DNA of 64,000 nucleotides from Corallochytrium limacisporum Hawaii (GCA_002811645.1 PDIP01000070.1:1-64000), one strand, 5' to 3'; positions 1 through 11,698 are shown, numbered from the stretch's first letter. Program-made: numbers and translations. Notes: generated by a model from the sequence alone, not told the origin.

Positions 1-997
1 TCTCTCTCTCTCTCTCTCGCGGCGTGCCTGCCTGCCTGCCTCTTTTTTTGTGTGTGTGTGTCCCAACCCCCCCTCCCTCCTCCTCCTTCTCATCGTGGTC
101 AAGTCCTTCTCCTCTCCCCACCCGGACGGACGGACGTATGGTACATTGAATTTTTCGCGGTTTATTTTCTAGCGATTCTCTACCGCGCAGTGGAAGTGTC
201 CCGTCCTTTGCCTTCTCCCGGGGGAGGGGGGACTGTGTTTCACTCGGGGTCGGTCCTCCCCCCCCCCGTGGACCACTGAAGCCATCGTTTCTTTTCTAAC
301 TTTCTCGAGACCCGGCCACGAAGGAACGAAAATGGCTTTCCGGGTCCAAGTCTATAAAGAAGCGTCAGCACAGTCACTATAGGGTTCCCCGATCAGCGAA
401 TTGGGGACCGGAGAAGTAGGCAGTGGTTAGACCAAATTCGGGGGGAGGGGTGATCAAATCGTGTCTTGGGCTCTCTTTCTTTTTTTTTTACCGTTTCATT
501 TTTTTCGCTGTTGCGGCGGTTTGTATTTTTGGCTCCGCGGGGCTCCCCCGCACGCACTGGGACAAGTTTGGTGCGTGTGTGAGTGAGTAAGTGAGCGTGT
601 GGGTGTGTTTCGTCCATTTTAGTGTGTTTTTTGGGACCTCTTCCTGTTGGTCGCCAATACACAGATGCGAACTTTAATACGTGATAATTTGGCTTCCTGA
701 GTTGCTAACCAGGACCGCACGATTAGTGGAACTGTTGCTGACGAGAGAGAAGAATGCGGCAGATCTTGCTATTTGAACCGTCGTCCGGGTTGACATTGGT
801 CAAAAACGATGACGGGGAAACGTGTACCAGGAGTCCAATAGAGACAATTCGTCTTGTATTTGCAAGATCTTCGCGGCCTTTGAAGACCATCTCTTAAACT
901 TTGAGACCAGATCCTAATGAAAACGACCGCAACATTGGCTATCGGGGTTCAAGACAGCATCCTGGAGTACTTTACTCTCTAATTCTTCAACACATCG

Positions 998-999
<2 letters not shown>

Positions 1000-1064
<65 letters not shown>

Positions 1065-1072
1065 GCACACAC
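1000..1072. repeat. (CA)n microsatellite just upstream of the acyltransferase-1 start codon
   Basis: Near-perfect CA run ending about 20 nt before ATG 1093. It produces the spurious HTHTH N-terminal extension in the ORF track. Confidence 0.95.
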
Positions 1073-1092
1073 AACCAAAGCACACAGAAACC

Positions 1093-2256
1093 ATGTGCCA
1101 GGTCACAACGAAGAAACCGCGGCCCGCTCCGGAAACGGTCGTTACCAAACTCAAGGGCAGTCCCTTTGTTCGGGAGGAGCTCATCCGACAGAAAACTCCC
1201 CGTGAGGACACAGACGCACAAATCGTAAAAGACACGGTCGAGGATGTGATGCACGCACTGACGTCCGTTGCCATGGCCATCTTCATGGCTGTGACCAGTT
1301 ACATCATGTCCCAGTTCCGGGGAGCTCGTGAGTTTCTGTTTGCTCCCGCCGAAAGGTTTAAAACCTGGACTCCTCCCAATCCTATAGCTACCTACCTGGC
1401 CGCCCTCAGCCAGTTCCTGATTTACCATCCCGTGGTGAGCGGCATCGAGAACGTCCCCTTGGACCGACCCGTGCTGTTCTACCTGAACCACGCCACCGGT
1501 GCCACTGACACTGGTGTCGCCTTCGAGGTCGTGCGCCGCGTATCCATGCGCCCCCTGCGTGCCTGCGCGGACACCGCATTCTGGTCCTCATGGCCTACCA
1601 ACCGAGTCCTCGAATACTTTGGTGCCTTCAAGGGCAACCGCAGGCTCTGTGACATGGCCATGCGCGAGGAGCAGAACATTTTGATCTATCCCGAGGGTGC
1701 CAAAGGCGTGTTCAAGTCCAAGAACGTGCCCAAATACACTTTGATGTGGGGAAAGCGTGCTGGCTTTGCTCACATGGCTGCCATGCACGGCTATGATCTG
1801 GTGCCAGTGTCCATTGTCGGTGGCGAAGAGTTCTTTGATGTCTGGTTCGACGTACCTTGTGGCTGGATGTTCCGCATCCTCGACGGCAACAACAAGCGAG
1901 GTCACTGGACTGCGCCCATCGGCAAGCCGTGGAAGATGATTCCGCAGAATATTTACATTAATTTTGGCAAGCCCATCCGCACCGATCACCTGCAGGGTCG
2001 CACCGATCCCAAGAAGGTCTGGCGCGTACGTGAGGAGGCCCGCAAGGAGCTGGAACGGGGCATTATGGACATGAAGATTGAACAGTCTAAGTGCAAGAAG
2101 TATGGTCACTTCTTGCCCCACACGCTGGAGCAAGAGATCAGTGAAACTCGCTGGCGTCAAATCAAAAAACGCCCTTTGCCCGTGGAGTTGATTGCCCAGC
2201 GTGATGCGGAGCGTGCTGCCGAGGCCAAGGCCTTGGCCCTAGCCGGTGGACTCTGA
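1093..2256 (+). CDS. Acyltransferase, TMEM68/DGAT2-like (PlsC/DAGAT superfamily), paralogue 1, 387 aa
   Basis: Motifs GIENVP..RPVLFYLNHATGATD (H-x5-D), YPEG, KRAGFAHMA, LVPVSIVG and FGKPI. Start moved from TTG 901 to the in-frame ATG at 1093 (aaaccATG). Confidence 0.85.
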   Translation: MCQVTTKKPRPAPETVVTKLKGSPFVREELIRQKTPREDTDAQIVKDTVEDVMHALTSVAMAIFMAVTSYIMSQFRGAREFLFAPAERFKTWTPPNPIATYLAALSQFLIYHPVVSGIENVPLDRPVLFYLNHATGATDTGVAFEVVRRVSMRPLRACADTAFWSSWPTNRVLEYFGAFKGNRRLCDMAMREEQNILIYPEGAKGVFKSKNVPKYTLMWGKRAGFAHMAAMHGYDLVPVSIVGGEEFFDVWFDVPCGWMFRILDGNNKRGHWTAPIGKPWKMIPQNIYINFGKPIRTDHLQGRTDPKKVWRVREEARKELERGIMDMKIEQSKCKKYGHFLPHTLEQEISETRWRQIKKRPLPVELIAQRDAERAAEAKALALAGGL

Positions 2257-3239
2257 TTCTTTTACAATTGTCATTATGCTCGTGGCAGGCCCACAACCGG
2301 TTTGTGTGCATTCTCCCAGAAGGCAATGACCGTGCACACTTAGACCGTTTCAAAACTGCAATCGACGATGTGTAAATCAAAACTTCTTACGGCAGCAGGA
2401 ACGCCCATGACCCTACAACTGACCATCCGAGCCAAGGCCGACAACAAGAACTCTTCGGCACTATGTCAGATGGTAAGCAGAGCACTTACTGGTCAAAATA
2501 GTAGTATTCTAGTTCGTACAGTTCGCAACCAATTCCCGCAGCATCCTAACGCATTGTCCCTTGTCGTACTTTACATAGAAGCCTTTCCAGCATCTACGAA
2601 CCGAAGAGCATATTGCAATCACACGCATACACACACATATATAATCATCCTTCCATGACAACATGCTGAGAGATTGATAGATCAACCGTTTCCTTGATAT
2701 TGGAAATGGAGCCACTTTACACACCCTTCTTTGAAGAGCATCGCACACGGGTGATCTCAACGATGGCAGCAGACTAATGAACCTGCCCACAACCACCAAC
2801 AAGCCATGGCCATTGGTGGGATCTTCCACACCCGTCACCATGTCACATGAAGCCGACCTCCTCCCCAGTATTTTCGGCCCACCTTCGCCACCGACATGGT
2901 CCACAGTCACGTGTCATACAGGCACGGTCGCAGGGGCAATACTCGGGACATAGTTACACAGTCAGGGTGGTCCACCGCGTCGAAAGACGTTAGCGAGACC
3001 AAAAGAAAGGCGCTCCGGAGTTAAGACACACAAAGCTCTCTCACCTGCACTCACCGACGCTCGCACACAAACGCAGGATATGCTCCGCAGCCCGGCCGCT
3101 CGAGCCTTACGTGTCACCTCCCTTCCCGACCGTAGTGCCACGGTGGCACCCGCGTTCACACCCAATCCCGGTGCAGTCAGCTTCAATAGCCAAAGAATAG
3201 CGTGAAAAATGCTGAGACATGCCCGGCCCCGAGACAGAG

Positions 3240-3245
3240 AGGGAG

Positions 3246-3285
<40 letters not shown>

Positions 3286-3460
3286 AAGTTGCAGATGGGT
3301 GGTTCTCGAAGCTCCCGCCGCCCCCCCTCCTCTGTCCGCTAGCAAAAGCCGAAGAAAAAATTCTCTTCATTCTCTCTTTCTCTCTCTCTCGCTCTCGCTC
3401 TCGCTCTCGCTCTCGCTCTCTCTCTCCCCTTCCCCCAACACACACACACACACACGTACC
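3240..3460. repeat. (GA)n, (CT)n/(CTCTCG)n and (CA)n simple repeats in the intergenic region
   Basis: Directly visible low-complexity tracts. Confidence 0.9.
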
Positions 3461-4037
3461 CGCCGTCTTGGTGCGTTCGCTTTCTCATACTCACCAATAT
3501 ATAGTCAGTATATTATATATAGAAAATGTGACAAAGGGAGAAGAAGAAACCGAGACAAGGATGGGGGAGGGGGGGGGGGAGGAGGAGGAGGGTCCCGAAA
3601 GTGGAGCGTGTGTGTGTGTTGGGGGGGGGAAGCGAGCGAGCGATGGAGCGATGAGCCCGTCGATGGCAAAGTACGCAGCAAAGCGAAAAGGAGACACGCA
3701 CCACTCGCGTGCCCCGACGACCCAGAAAAGGGCAACTGTGTTTAATATATACGGACGTCTTTTTAGTGACCGATTAAAACGTGCTTTTATTCGATTAAGA
3801 AGGGTATATTTACATCCGGAATAGTTTAATTTGTGCATTCCCCTTCCGAGGTAAACGTTCAGTTCCTGCCATAAAAGGGCAAACCGAGCGAGTGATTTGG
3901 GGTGTGCGTGTGTGTGCACCGAGAGAGAGAGAGTGGGGAGGGAGATAATAGATAAAAGCCCCGATTTTTCTTTTAATTTGTTCGGGTCCCTCCCTCCCTC
4001 CCCCCTCATAACCCGCCCTAAGCCTTTTATGACAACC

Positions 4038-4091
4038 NNNNNNNNNNNNNNNNNNNNNNNNNNNNNNNNNNNNNNNNNNNNNNNNNNNNNN
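4038..4091. other. Assembly gap (N run)
   Basis: N run. Confidence 1.
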
Positions 4092-5599
4092 GGGGGGAAG
4101 AAGAAGGGATAAGAGTGCGTACCGAGAGCGATGGACAGCTGATGGTAATCCCCCAACGGGCCACGATCTTTTCATAATGGATAAACCCTGCAGTCGCACG
4201 GCTAAGAATAGTGACACTCTTGCCACCAAGCGCCACCAAAAAAAATTAGAAAGAAACTCAACCAACAAAAAAAATACACACACAGAGAAAAGGAAAAAAA
4301 AACCTCGAAAGATACGCCGTGAGTCCTCTCTACCCCGCCGTGGAAAGTCACGACAGAGCGAAGAAAAAACCTCACAGGGATGATATAAACCGGGCAGGGG
4401 CCAACAGTGAGGGCGCGTGCTCACTGGGTACTTATCCACCTGGCTTATAGCGATCGTACGGCAATTTTTTGGAGACGGGCTAGGCCATTTTTCCTTCCCC
4501 CTTTCGTCAGCTGTCTCGACCACTGACGTGCTCTCCCTCTCTCCCCCCCCTCGTCTCCTCTCCTCAAGACTCGTGTGCCGTGCGTGGTCGCGCACAGTAC
4601 TAAGACTACTGCAGGCAGACTGGTCCTTTCCCCTTGGTTGGTTGGTGGGGGGGGGTTGTCTCGATCGTCTCGCCATACTTTCTCTTCTCTTGTCGTTTGT
4701 TTGGGTGCGCCGACTGAGCGACAGGAAAGACACCGGAGAGGGTGGTCAAGCGCGAGGTTTTTGGTGAAGAAAGTAGCCAAAGGGCAATTGAAAAAAAAGG
4801 TAGGCAAGGTGGGGGGGGAAGAACGAGAGCAAAGCTTCAGGCAATGCACAAGTTGAAAAAAAAAAGGAATAGAAAACCCCGCCGGGGGGGGGGGGCAAGC
4901 CAAGATCCGTAGTGTAACAACCACGGGTCTTGGCGGGTGGCAAGGGAAAGAGCAAGAGAGGAGAGCCCAAAATTAAAAAAAAGGGAGTGGCTATGGCCGG
5001 CAGGTGCTCGCTCACCTGCCTCACACCTCTTAAGAATAAGCGAAGAAGAAGGAAAGAAAAAAGAAATTTCTTCGCTTCTTCGCGAAACCGGGGGAAGAAG
5101 AAAAATTTACCGTTCAGCCTCATTTTGGGTCGGTATATTTAGTATAGGGTGACGGGGCAGAAGTGTGGAAAACCTGGACCCGCACGGTGCATGGAGGTAA
5201 GCGCTTGGGGAAAAAAGGGGGGGGGGGTGTGTGGAGTTTGGGGATGGCAGGTTGTGGGTCGTTGGCAAGAGTTGTATCACAATTTGGTATAGTTTGTGCA
5301 GTGCCTTGGTTTTCAATTTTCATGGCTTGGTCTTAGTTAGAATTGATGGACCCTGATCCGCTGGTGCTGCAGTGCCCGTCCATGTGTTTTTTGGTGTCGG
5401 TGTTCCTGCACTGCTGTGGGTGAGTCTTTGCCCAGTTCGTCCAGGTTTTGGAATGTGCTTGTTATGGTGTGTCCAGACCGAGGGATGTGAGTCGCTTTAC
5501 AGAGGTATTAAAGATGGAACTGGAAAAGTAAATAGCAGTTTCAGGTGGAGTAAAATACGGATCAATCACTAGTTAAAGAAACAAACTATCACGAGCGTC

Positions 5600-6703
5600 A
5601 TGTCACGTACCACTGTTTCGCAGCGTAAGTTCGCGGGATCTTCCTTCCGGTCGGAGCAGCTGAAGGAACAATTGAACAGGAGCACCCGAAGCCAGGGCCC
5701 GGCATACAAGGCCATGTTGCTGTTGCTGGACCTATTTGCCATCGTCAGCACCTTTGTTGCAACGGCCTATGCCTCTTCGGTTCAGTACCTACGCACTACC
5801 CGCAAGTCCGCACTGGACTATGTCTTCAAGGAGAACAGGGACTACGCCAGCTGGAGGCCCAAGTCCAAGATGTTCCGTGACACTTACGATTTCATGAGTA
5901 CCAAGCATCTTATGCCGGTTGTAGCGGGCATTGAAAACATTCCCCAGGACCGACCTGTTCTGTTTGTGGTCAACCACGCCACCGGTGCCCTCGATCTGAG
6001 CCAGACCAATTGCGTGATTCGCCGCTGTGCCCCGAACCGCCCGATCCGGGCCATTGCTGACCACATGCACTGGCGGATCCCCATCTGGAATCGTATGGTC
6101 GAGCAAGCCGGTGCCTTCCGTGGCACTCGGGAGAACTGTCAAGCAGTCATGTCCCTCGGACACAATGTACTGGTCTACCCAGAGGGTGGCGACGGTGTGT
6201 TCCGCTCTGCCAAGCTGCCCAAGTACACCGGTTTCTTCAAGAAGCGAGCTGGTTTCGTTCGTATGGCCGCCAAGAACAACTACGATATCGTCCCTGTTTC
6301 CGTGGTCGGTGCTGAGGAGCAGTATGACGCACTCTTCGACATCCCCATTGGACGCCTCCTTGGTGTATTGGATGGCCACGGCAAGCGTAAAGACTTCGTT
6401 TTCCCAGTGCCAAACCCTCTCAGTGTGTTCCTCCCTCACAGGCTCTATGTGAGCTTCCACGAAGCCATCCATACCGAGGATCTGCCCGGCGAGGACACAC
6501 CAGAAGACCAGATCTGGGAAGTCCGTGAACAGACCCGCATGGCCATTGAAGAAGGTATCAAGCGCGACCGCGTACGTCTGGCCAATAACGAAGGTCACGC
6601 TATCTTTTGGCCCACGGAGATTGACGAAATGACCGCCAAGGTGTTGGCGGCCCAGGCGGAGGAGCAGAAATCTGCCACTCCCAGCAGCATTGGCGGTCTG
6701 TAA
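5600..6703 (+). CDS. Acyltransferase, TMEM68/DGAT2-like, paralogue 2, 367 aa
   Basis: GIENIPQDRPVLFVVNHATGALD, YPEGG, KRAGFVRMA and IVPVSVVG, collinear with paralogue 1. It also has an N-terminal hydrophobic segment. Confidence 0.88.
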   Translation: MSRTTVSQRKFAGSSFRSEQLKEQLNRSTRSQGPAYKAMLLLLDLFAIVSTFVATAYASSVQYLRTTRKSALDYVFKENRDYASWRPKSKMFRDTYDFMSTKHLMPVVAGIENIPQDRPVLFVVNHATGALDLSQTNCVIRRCAPNRPIRAIADHMHWRIPIWNRMVEQAGAFRGTRENCQAVMSLGHNVLVYPEGGDGVFRSAKLPKYTGFFKKRAGFVRMAAKNNYDIVPVSVVGAEEQYDALFDIPIGRLLGVLDGHGKRKDFVFPVPNPLSVFLPHRLYVSFHEAIHTEDLPGEDTPEDQIWEVREQTRMAIEEGIKRDRVRLANNEGHAIFWPTEIDEMTAKVLAAQAEEQKSATPSSIGGL

Positions 6704-8750
6704 GTCCGGATCACAAAACTATTGTGCCATTTATGCCACTACACTCCCCTAATCGCACATCCACTAACATGATAAAAACGTAGTAGTTCTCAGTAAATCA
6801 AACATCAGCCATTATGGCCAGAGGGTTTCTCCGCGATGATATCTCATACTCAGAGGCCCCATCAGGCACCATCGCCTACGATCAATATCACCATCTCGTC
6901 CCGCAAACCCTCAAGACATTCCGTGCTCCGTATCGAACTCAGGTCCGTCCTCCCTTTCCTTCTCCTATTTCTTTTTCAAACTGGTCCGGAGCAATCCAAG
7001 ATTATTTTGTAGCTGTCTCAGTACTGAAAATGGGACTCCCAATTCCATGGGAGTTGGAGGAGGGGGGGGGGGAGTTGCCACCTGTCCTGCGGACAACCGG
7101 GACCGCGCGTCCTGTCCCGTTCTACCTCCACTGACTCTCTCCCTCCTCTCTCGCGATGTCCTGGGCCTTTTGTATCTTTTTGGCTTTTGTTCCGAAAACC
7201 AGTGCCGCGCTTTGTACATTTTAACCTTCCCTTTTTGTTGGGACGGAGTGAGTGAGTGAGTGTGGGTGGGTGTATTTGATATACCAGCCCCGCTTTTTTT
7301 TCTTGTCGTCCCTATTAACAGGGAGAGGTTCCTCCGCACATCATGCTGGGGTGTACGGGGGAGCGTGTCACAGGATGTCGGTCCGCCACAGACCCCACAA
7401 AAATCCACACCAGGGCGTGATGTGGTTCCGTACTGCCCCTTTGGTTGCGGAGTAAACCACTCCCGCGTGTGGCTTGCGTACACAGAGAGAGAGAGAGAGT
7501 GTGTGTGTGTGTGTCTGCGTGTGCCTGAGTGCCTGTGTGAGTGCTCCAGAAGTGTCTCCCACCTCCCCCGACCTCCCTCCTCCAAAACACCCGACCAGCC
7601 TTCAAAGCTTTTTCCAAAGGCAGCAGCAGCAGGGCAAGGCAGGAGGAGGGGATTGGCTGGTTGGTTGGTTGGTTTGTAGTCTCCCTCACAACCAAATACA
7701 CCCGCGACCTCCCCCCCCTCCCCCCGGGGGGGATGCGAGGGAGGGGGGCCTACCCCTCACCAGGCGACCCGCCAAACACCCGACACTCGGACCCCTCCTC
7801 CGCCGTGCTCCCAAACAAAGAAAAGGAATTTAAAAAAAGAAAACGAAAACAAAAAAAAGTACCCCCCGGGGAAAATTTTGCAATTCAAAAAGCACCGTAA
7901 AGGAGAGGAAAAAAAAAACCAAAACAGAAAAACCTTACCTCGTCCGCGGCCGGCCCGGGGAGTAGGGGAGTGGTGGTGGGCAATCGCGCTTGGGGCACGA
8001 TGGATCTTGGGCGATGATCTGCACGTACTGAACGAGTGTCCCGCCAAAATAGAAAATTTCTGAGTTTTCTCAGTTTTCTTTTTTGTCTTTGGTCTTTGGT
8101 CGGGGAGGACACGGACCGTCGCCAGTGTTCGCGCGTGATGTCCCTGATCCGAAAGAATGAGTCCTTTCCAACGTGGGACTACGACCATAGATCACAGCCG
8201 CTGAGCATGATATAGGTTTCCTGAAACATCCTCCTACTTCTAAATATCAAATATACATGAGCGTATGTTTCGTAGTCGAAGGGCGAGATTAATGGTTATC
8301 CGCCGAGGACTTGATAATCTCCGTGACTTTGTGTACTGGACTGGGCGCAAACCGTCTGGACGGGGAAGGGTGAACCCCATCTCTGGGTTCATTCTGATGA
8401 AAATGACGAAGCTGTCCTGAAATACTCAGTACATTCAGTATCGATATACCGCGGCTGTCGAAGCGGGCAACGTGCCGTCTGGTAAACCCCCCCCTCCCGC
8501 TCCACGGCTTGGCCGGGGAGGGTGGGGAATTGTCCAACGCAGCGTCCCCCTCCGGGCTTCGACTGCCCTTCGCGCGAACGGTGATTCACAAGGCGTGTGC
8601 AAAGTGGGCGCGGGGGAGGGAGGGAGGGAAGGAAGGGGGGGGAGAGTAGGATGGAGGACAGAGGTGGCGGCGCGTTGGTGGAGTTTCGGGGAGCGCGGGA
8701 GAGGCGGGATTACCCGCCAGAATCGGAACACCCCCCCCCCCTTCCCCCTT

Positions 8751-8973
8751 NNNNNNNNNNNNNNNNNNNNNNNNNNNNNNNNNNNNNNNNNNNNNNNNNN
8801 NNNNNNNNNNNNNNNNNNNNNNNNNNNNNNNNNNNNNNNNNNNNNNNNNNNNNNNNNNNNNNNNNNNNNNNNNNNNNNNNNNNNNNNNNNNNNNNNNNNN
8901 NNNNNNNNNNNNNNNNNNNNNNNNNNNNNNNNNNNNNNNNNNNNNNNNNNNNNNNNNNNNNNNNNNNNNNNNN
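8751..8973. other. Assembly gap (N run)
   Basis: N run. Confidence 1.
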
Positions 8974-9742
8974 GGGGGGGAAGCGACGAAGAACGGACGA
9001 ACCCGAAAAAAAACAAAATGAAAAACTACCAACTGGTTACATATGCTAAGAACAATGTCTCTTTTTTTTGTTTTTTTGTCTTCTGTGTGTGTGTGTGTCC
9101 GTTTGGGCCAAGCCAAGAGATGGTTCCGGACACACGGTCCAACTGTGTGCCCCCACCACTTTCTCCTAAACTCTCGGTCCATGCGAAGAGACAGAGGGGG
9201 TTGGGGGAGAAGGGAGGCAGTTGTGACGAAAGGCCGCCAATGTCATCATGGGAGTTGGTGGCAACCGCACGGGTTTCCGTGCGATCCCCGAGTGTTCGAC
9301 CTCAATCTCAGTAGGAAATCCTGTAACTCAAGAGCACACGCACACTATCATTCACTTTAGCCAGTTGATGCTGAAGAAAGATATGGCTGCGACGTACACT
9401 AGCAGGATTAGTGGGAATGTCACCCTGGTTCCTTGGGATGGTCGGATGTGGCGGACAGTGCAGGCACATTTTGGGCACCCAAAGAATGTGGGTGTCGAAG
9501 ACCCTTTCGAGTTCCAAGAATTCTAGCCGGCTAGAGTGGGGGTACTTCGCGAAGGATAAGGTGTCTAGTGACTGCGAGCATCAGGATCACAACCCTGGGT
9601 TATGCGAAATTTCGTGAGTCTCTGCGAGACATGTGTGTGAGAGCTGTAGAGCGAGAGATCGGTGTCGATAGAAGCGAAATGAAAAAGTCACTAACGTAGG
9701 GTCGATTGGTGTGAACAGAACACGTAAGCATTACATTACAGC

Positions 9743-11698
9743 ATGACGCTGATCGCCAAGATAAGCCGAGTGAGCCTGTCTCCATGGCGGCGGGGGTCAC
9801 GAAGTCGTATCGTACTCATCTTGGGAATAGCATGTTTCTTTGCACTGATGAGCCTTTTCTCGGACTATGCGACTGCCATTCCTGTGACTGCGATGAGGGA
9901 CATGCGCGGGTTCCCTCCCACAAAACATGACAGCACGCGCATCAGAGAATGGCAAAACGAGCGCTCACGCGGGCAAAGAAGATTGGTCGACCGTAAGCCC
10001 GGCAGTAGTGCTTCGCCCGCCATTGCACAGAAACCATCCAATCCGAGTCCTGTCCGCGACGACATTATATTCGATGACAAGGCCCCGGACGTGAACTATA
10101 ACTGTCATATCTTCTACTATACCAACTATGGACTTCCGAACGTGGAACGCCATGGATCCACCAACTATAGTGGATGGAACTACATTCGCTATCAGGCTCC
10201 TCACGACGAAGTGAACGCACTCCGATATGGTACGCTACCTAGAGCTGCCGAATGTTACGAGGCACCCCAGTCCATAGCCAGCTCATACTATCCGGACTCT
10301 GGTGTGTACGATAGCCGTGACTTGTCGACAGTAGAGCGGCACATGGCCGATATTCGCAAGACTGGCTGCGGTGTAGTGAGCGTGTCTTGGTGGCCAGAGA
10401 CCGTCATGGAGAGGCGCGGATGGTACGCTCCGACCCTCTACGCTGACATCTTGGATGCCGCGCATCGTCAGGGCCTGAAGGTCAGCCTGCACAGCATGCC
10501 ATTCCAGGGACGGAAGGCCCAGATGGTCCCGAAGCTTCTGGACCTCTTCCTCAAACGCCACGGAGATCACCCGGCCCTGTACCGTGACGAGCACCGGTCG
10601 AATCGGCCGTGGGTCTTTGTCAATGACGCCGTGAAGATTCCCGGCTGGTCAGATGCACTGTCGAACCGTGACTCTAGCTCCTCGAGCTTTTTGTTCATTG
10701 CCGAGATCCATACCGCAGCTCAGCGTCAGTGGATCATAAAGGAGGGCTTTGACGGCTTTTACACTGGCCATACTAGCGATGGCGCTGGTCAAGCCTCAAA
10801 CTCCAGAAATTGGGCACGCCAGCAAGCCTGGGCAGACCGCAATGGGGTGATCTTCTTGCCAACGATCGGCCCTGGTTACAATGACATCCGTGTCCGGCCG
10901 TACAACAAACTCTTGGCCCGTGAGCGGCAAAATGGTGCGCACTATGACCATAATTTTGGACGAGCTATTGCTTGCTGCGGTGCCAGAGCCCAGGCGCATT
11001 ATCTGGACCGTCTGGTGGGCGCGAAGGACTCGCAAGAAAGTGTTGACTCACACAAGGCCGAAGGCAAGAGCGACTCCAAGGAGGGCCAAGTTGAAAGTCC
11101 TCTCCGGCCCAACAACGGCAAGGATAGGGTCATCAGTCGAGTCATTCCCGGGTTAGATTCTGATAGCCGAATCTACCTCGAGGACGATGCCGAAGTGCGG
11201 CGTCAGGTCTCGCCAAAGGAACTAGTCTCCTTGAGTGCGGATATGGTCGCAAAGTTGCCTTTGGGCGGTTTTCCCGCACTGTCCAACTCGTACTTGGGAA
11301 TTGCATCTTACAACAATTGGCTTGACGGCACCCAGATCGAACCCGCCCGTAGAGGTCAACACAACACGTCGGGCTTCGACAAGAGCGGTGAGGCCTGTGA
11401 AGTGCCCGTTACCAAGGACACTAGTGATATGGAAGACAAGAGCCAACTCAACTATCTCGATTACGGTACTGTAGAACCCGACTATTACCTGAATCGTACT
11501 AGAGACCTGCTGCGCGAGTTTCTAAGCCCCATTCCTCTGACAATGAAGGTCACCCCCGGCGGCGATCATCGTCTTATCCATGTTCCGAGGAAAGAAGGAA
11601 AAGACCACACCGCAGACGATGAGAAGAGGCGCGAGCAAAGGGCAATTCGCACGCAGCAGGAGGTTTCTAAGCTCAATAGCAGCAGCAAGAAGGTATAA
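9743..11698 (+). CDS. GH99 endo-alpha-mannosidase (MANEA-like) homologue, type II membrane protein, catalytic motif degenerate
   Basis: N-terminal signal-anchor IVLILGIACFFALMSLF. GH99 motifs HIFYY..YG, IASSYYP..G.YDS.D, GVVSVSWW, HPALYR, GFDGFYT, FLPTIGPGY.D.RVRP.N, GTQIEPA and YLDY...PDYYL..T. Confidence 0.88.
   Translation: MTLIAKISRVSLSPWRRGSRSRIVLILGIACFFALMSLFSDYATAIPVTAMRDMRGFPPTKHDSTRIREWQNERSRGQRRLVDRKPGSSASPAIAQKPSNPSPVRDDIIFDDKAPDVNYNCHIFYYTNYGLPNVERHGSTNYSGWNYIRYQAPHDEVNALRYGTLPRAAECYEAPQSIASSYYPDSGVYDSRDLSTVERHMADIRKTGCGVVSVSWWPETVMERRGWYAPTLYADILDAAHRQGLKVSLHSMPFQGRKAQMVPKLLDLFLKRHGDHPALYRDEHRSNRPWVFVNDAVKIPGWSDALSNRDSSSSSFLFIAEIHTAAQRQWIIKEGFDGFYTGHTSDGAGQASNSRNWARQQAWADRNGVIFLPTIGPGYNDIRVRPYNKLLARERQNGAHYDHNFGRAIACCGARAQAHYLDRLVGAKDSQESVDSHKAEGKSDSKEGQVESPLRPNNGKDRVISRVIPGLDSDSRIYLEDDAEVRRQVSPKELVSLSADMVAKLPLGGFPALSNSYLGIASYNNWLDGTQIEPARRGQHNTSGFDKSGEACEVPVTKDTSDMEDKSQLNYLDYGTVEPDYYLNRTRDLLREFLSPIPLTMKVTPGGDHRLIHVPRKEGKDHTADDEKRREQRAIRTQQEVSKLNSSSKKV

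Noticed and set aside
901-1092. His-Thr repeat N-terminal extension of acyltransferase 1
   Set aside because: It is the translation of a CA microsatellite from a TTG start; a good-context ATG exists at 1093.
8369-8422. Hammerhead-ribozyme-like layout (hairpin, CTGATGA, then GAAA)
   Set aside because: Stem II cannot close properly, and there is no NUH cleavage triplet or stem III partner.
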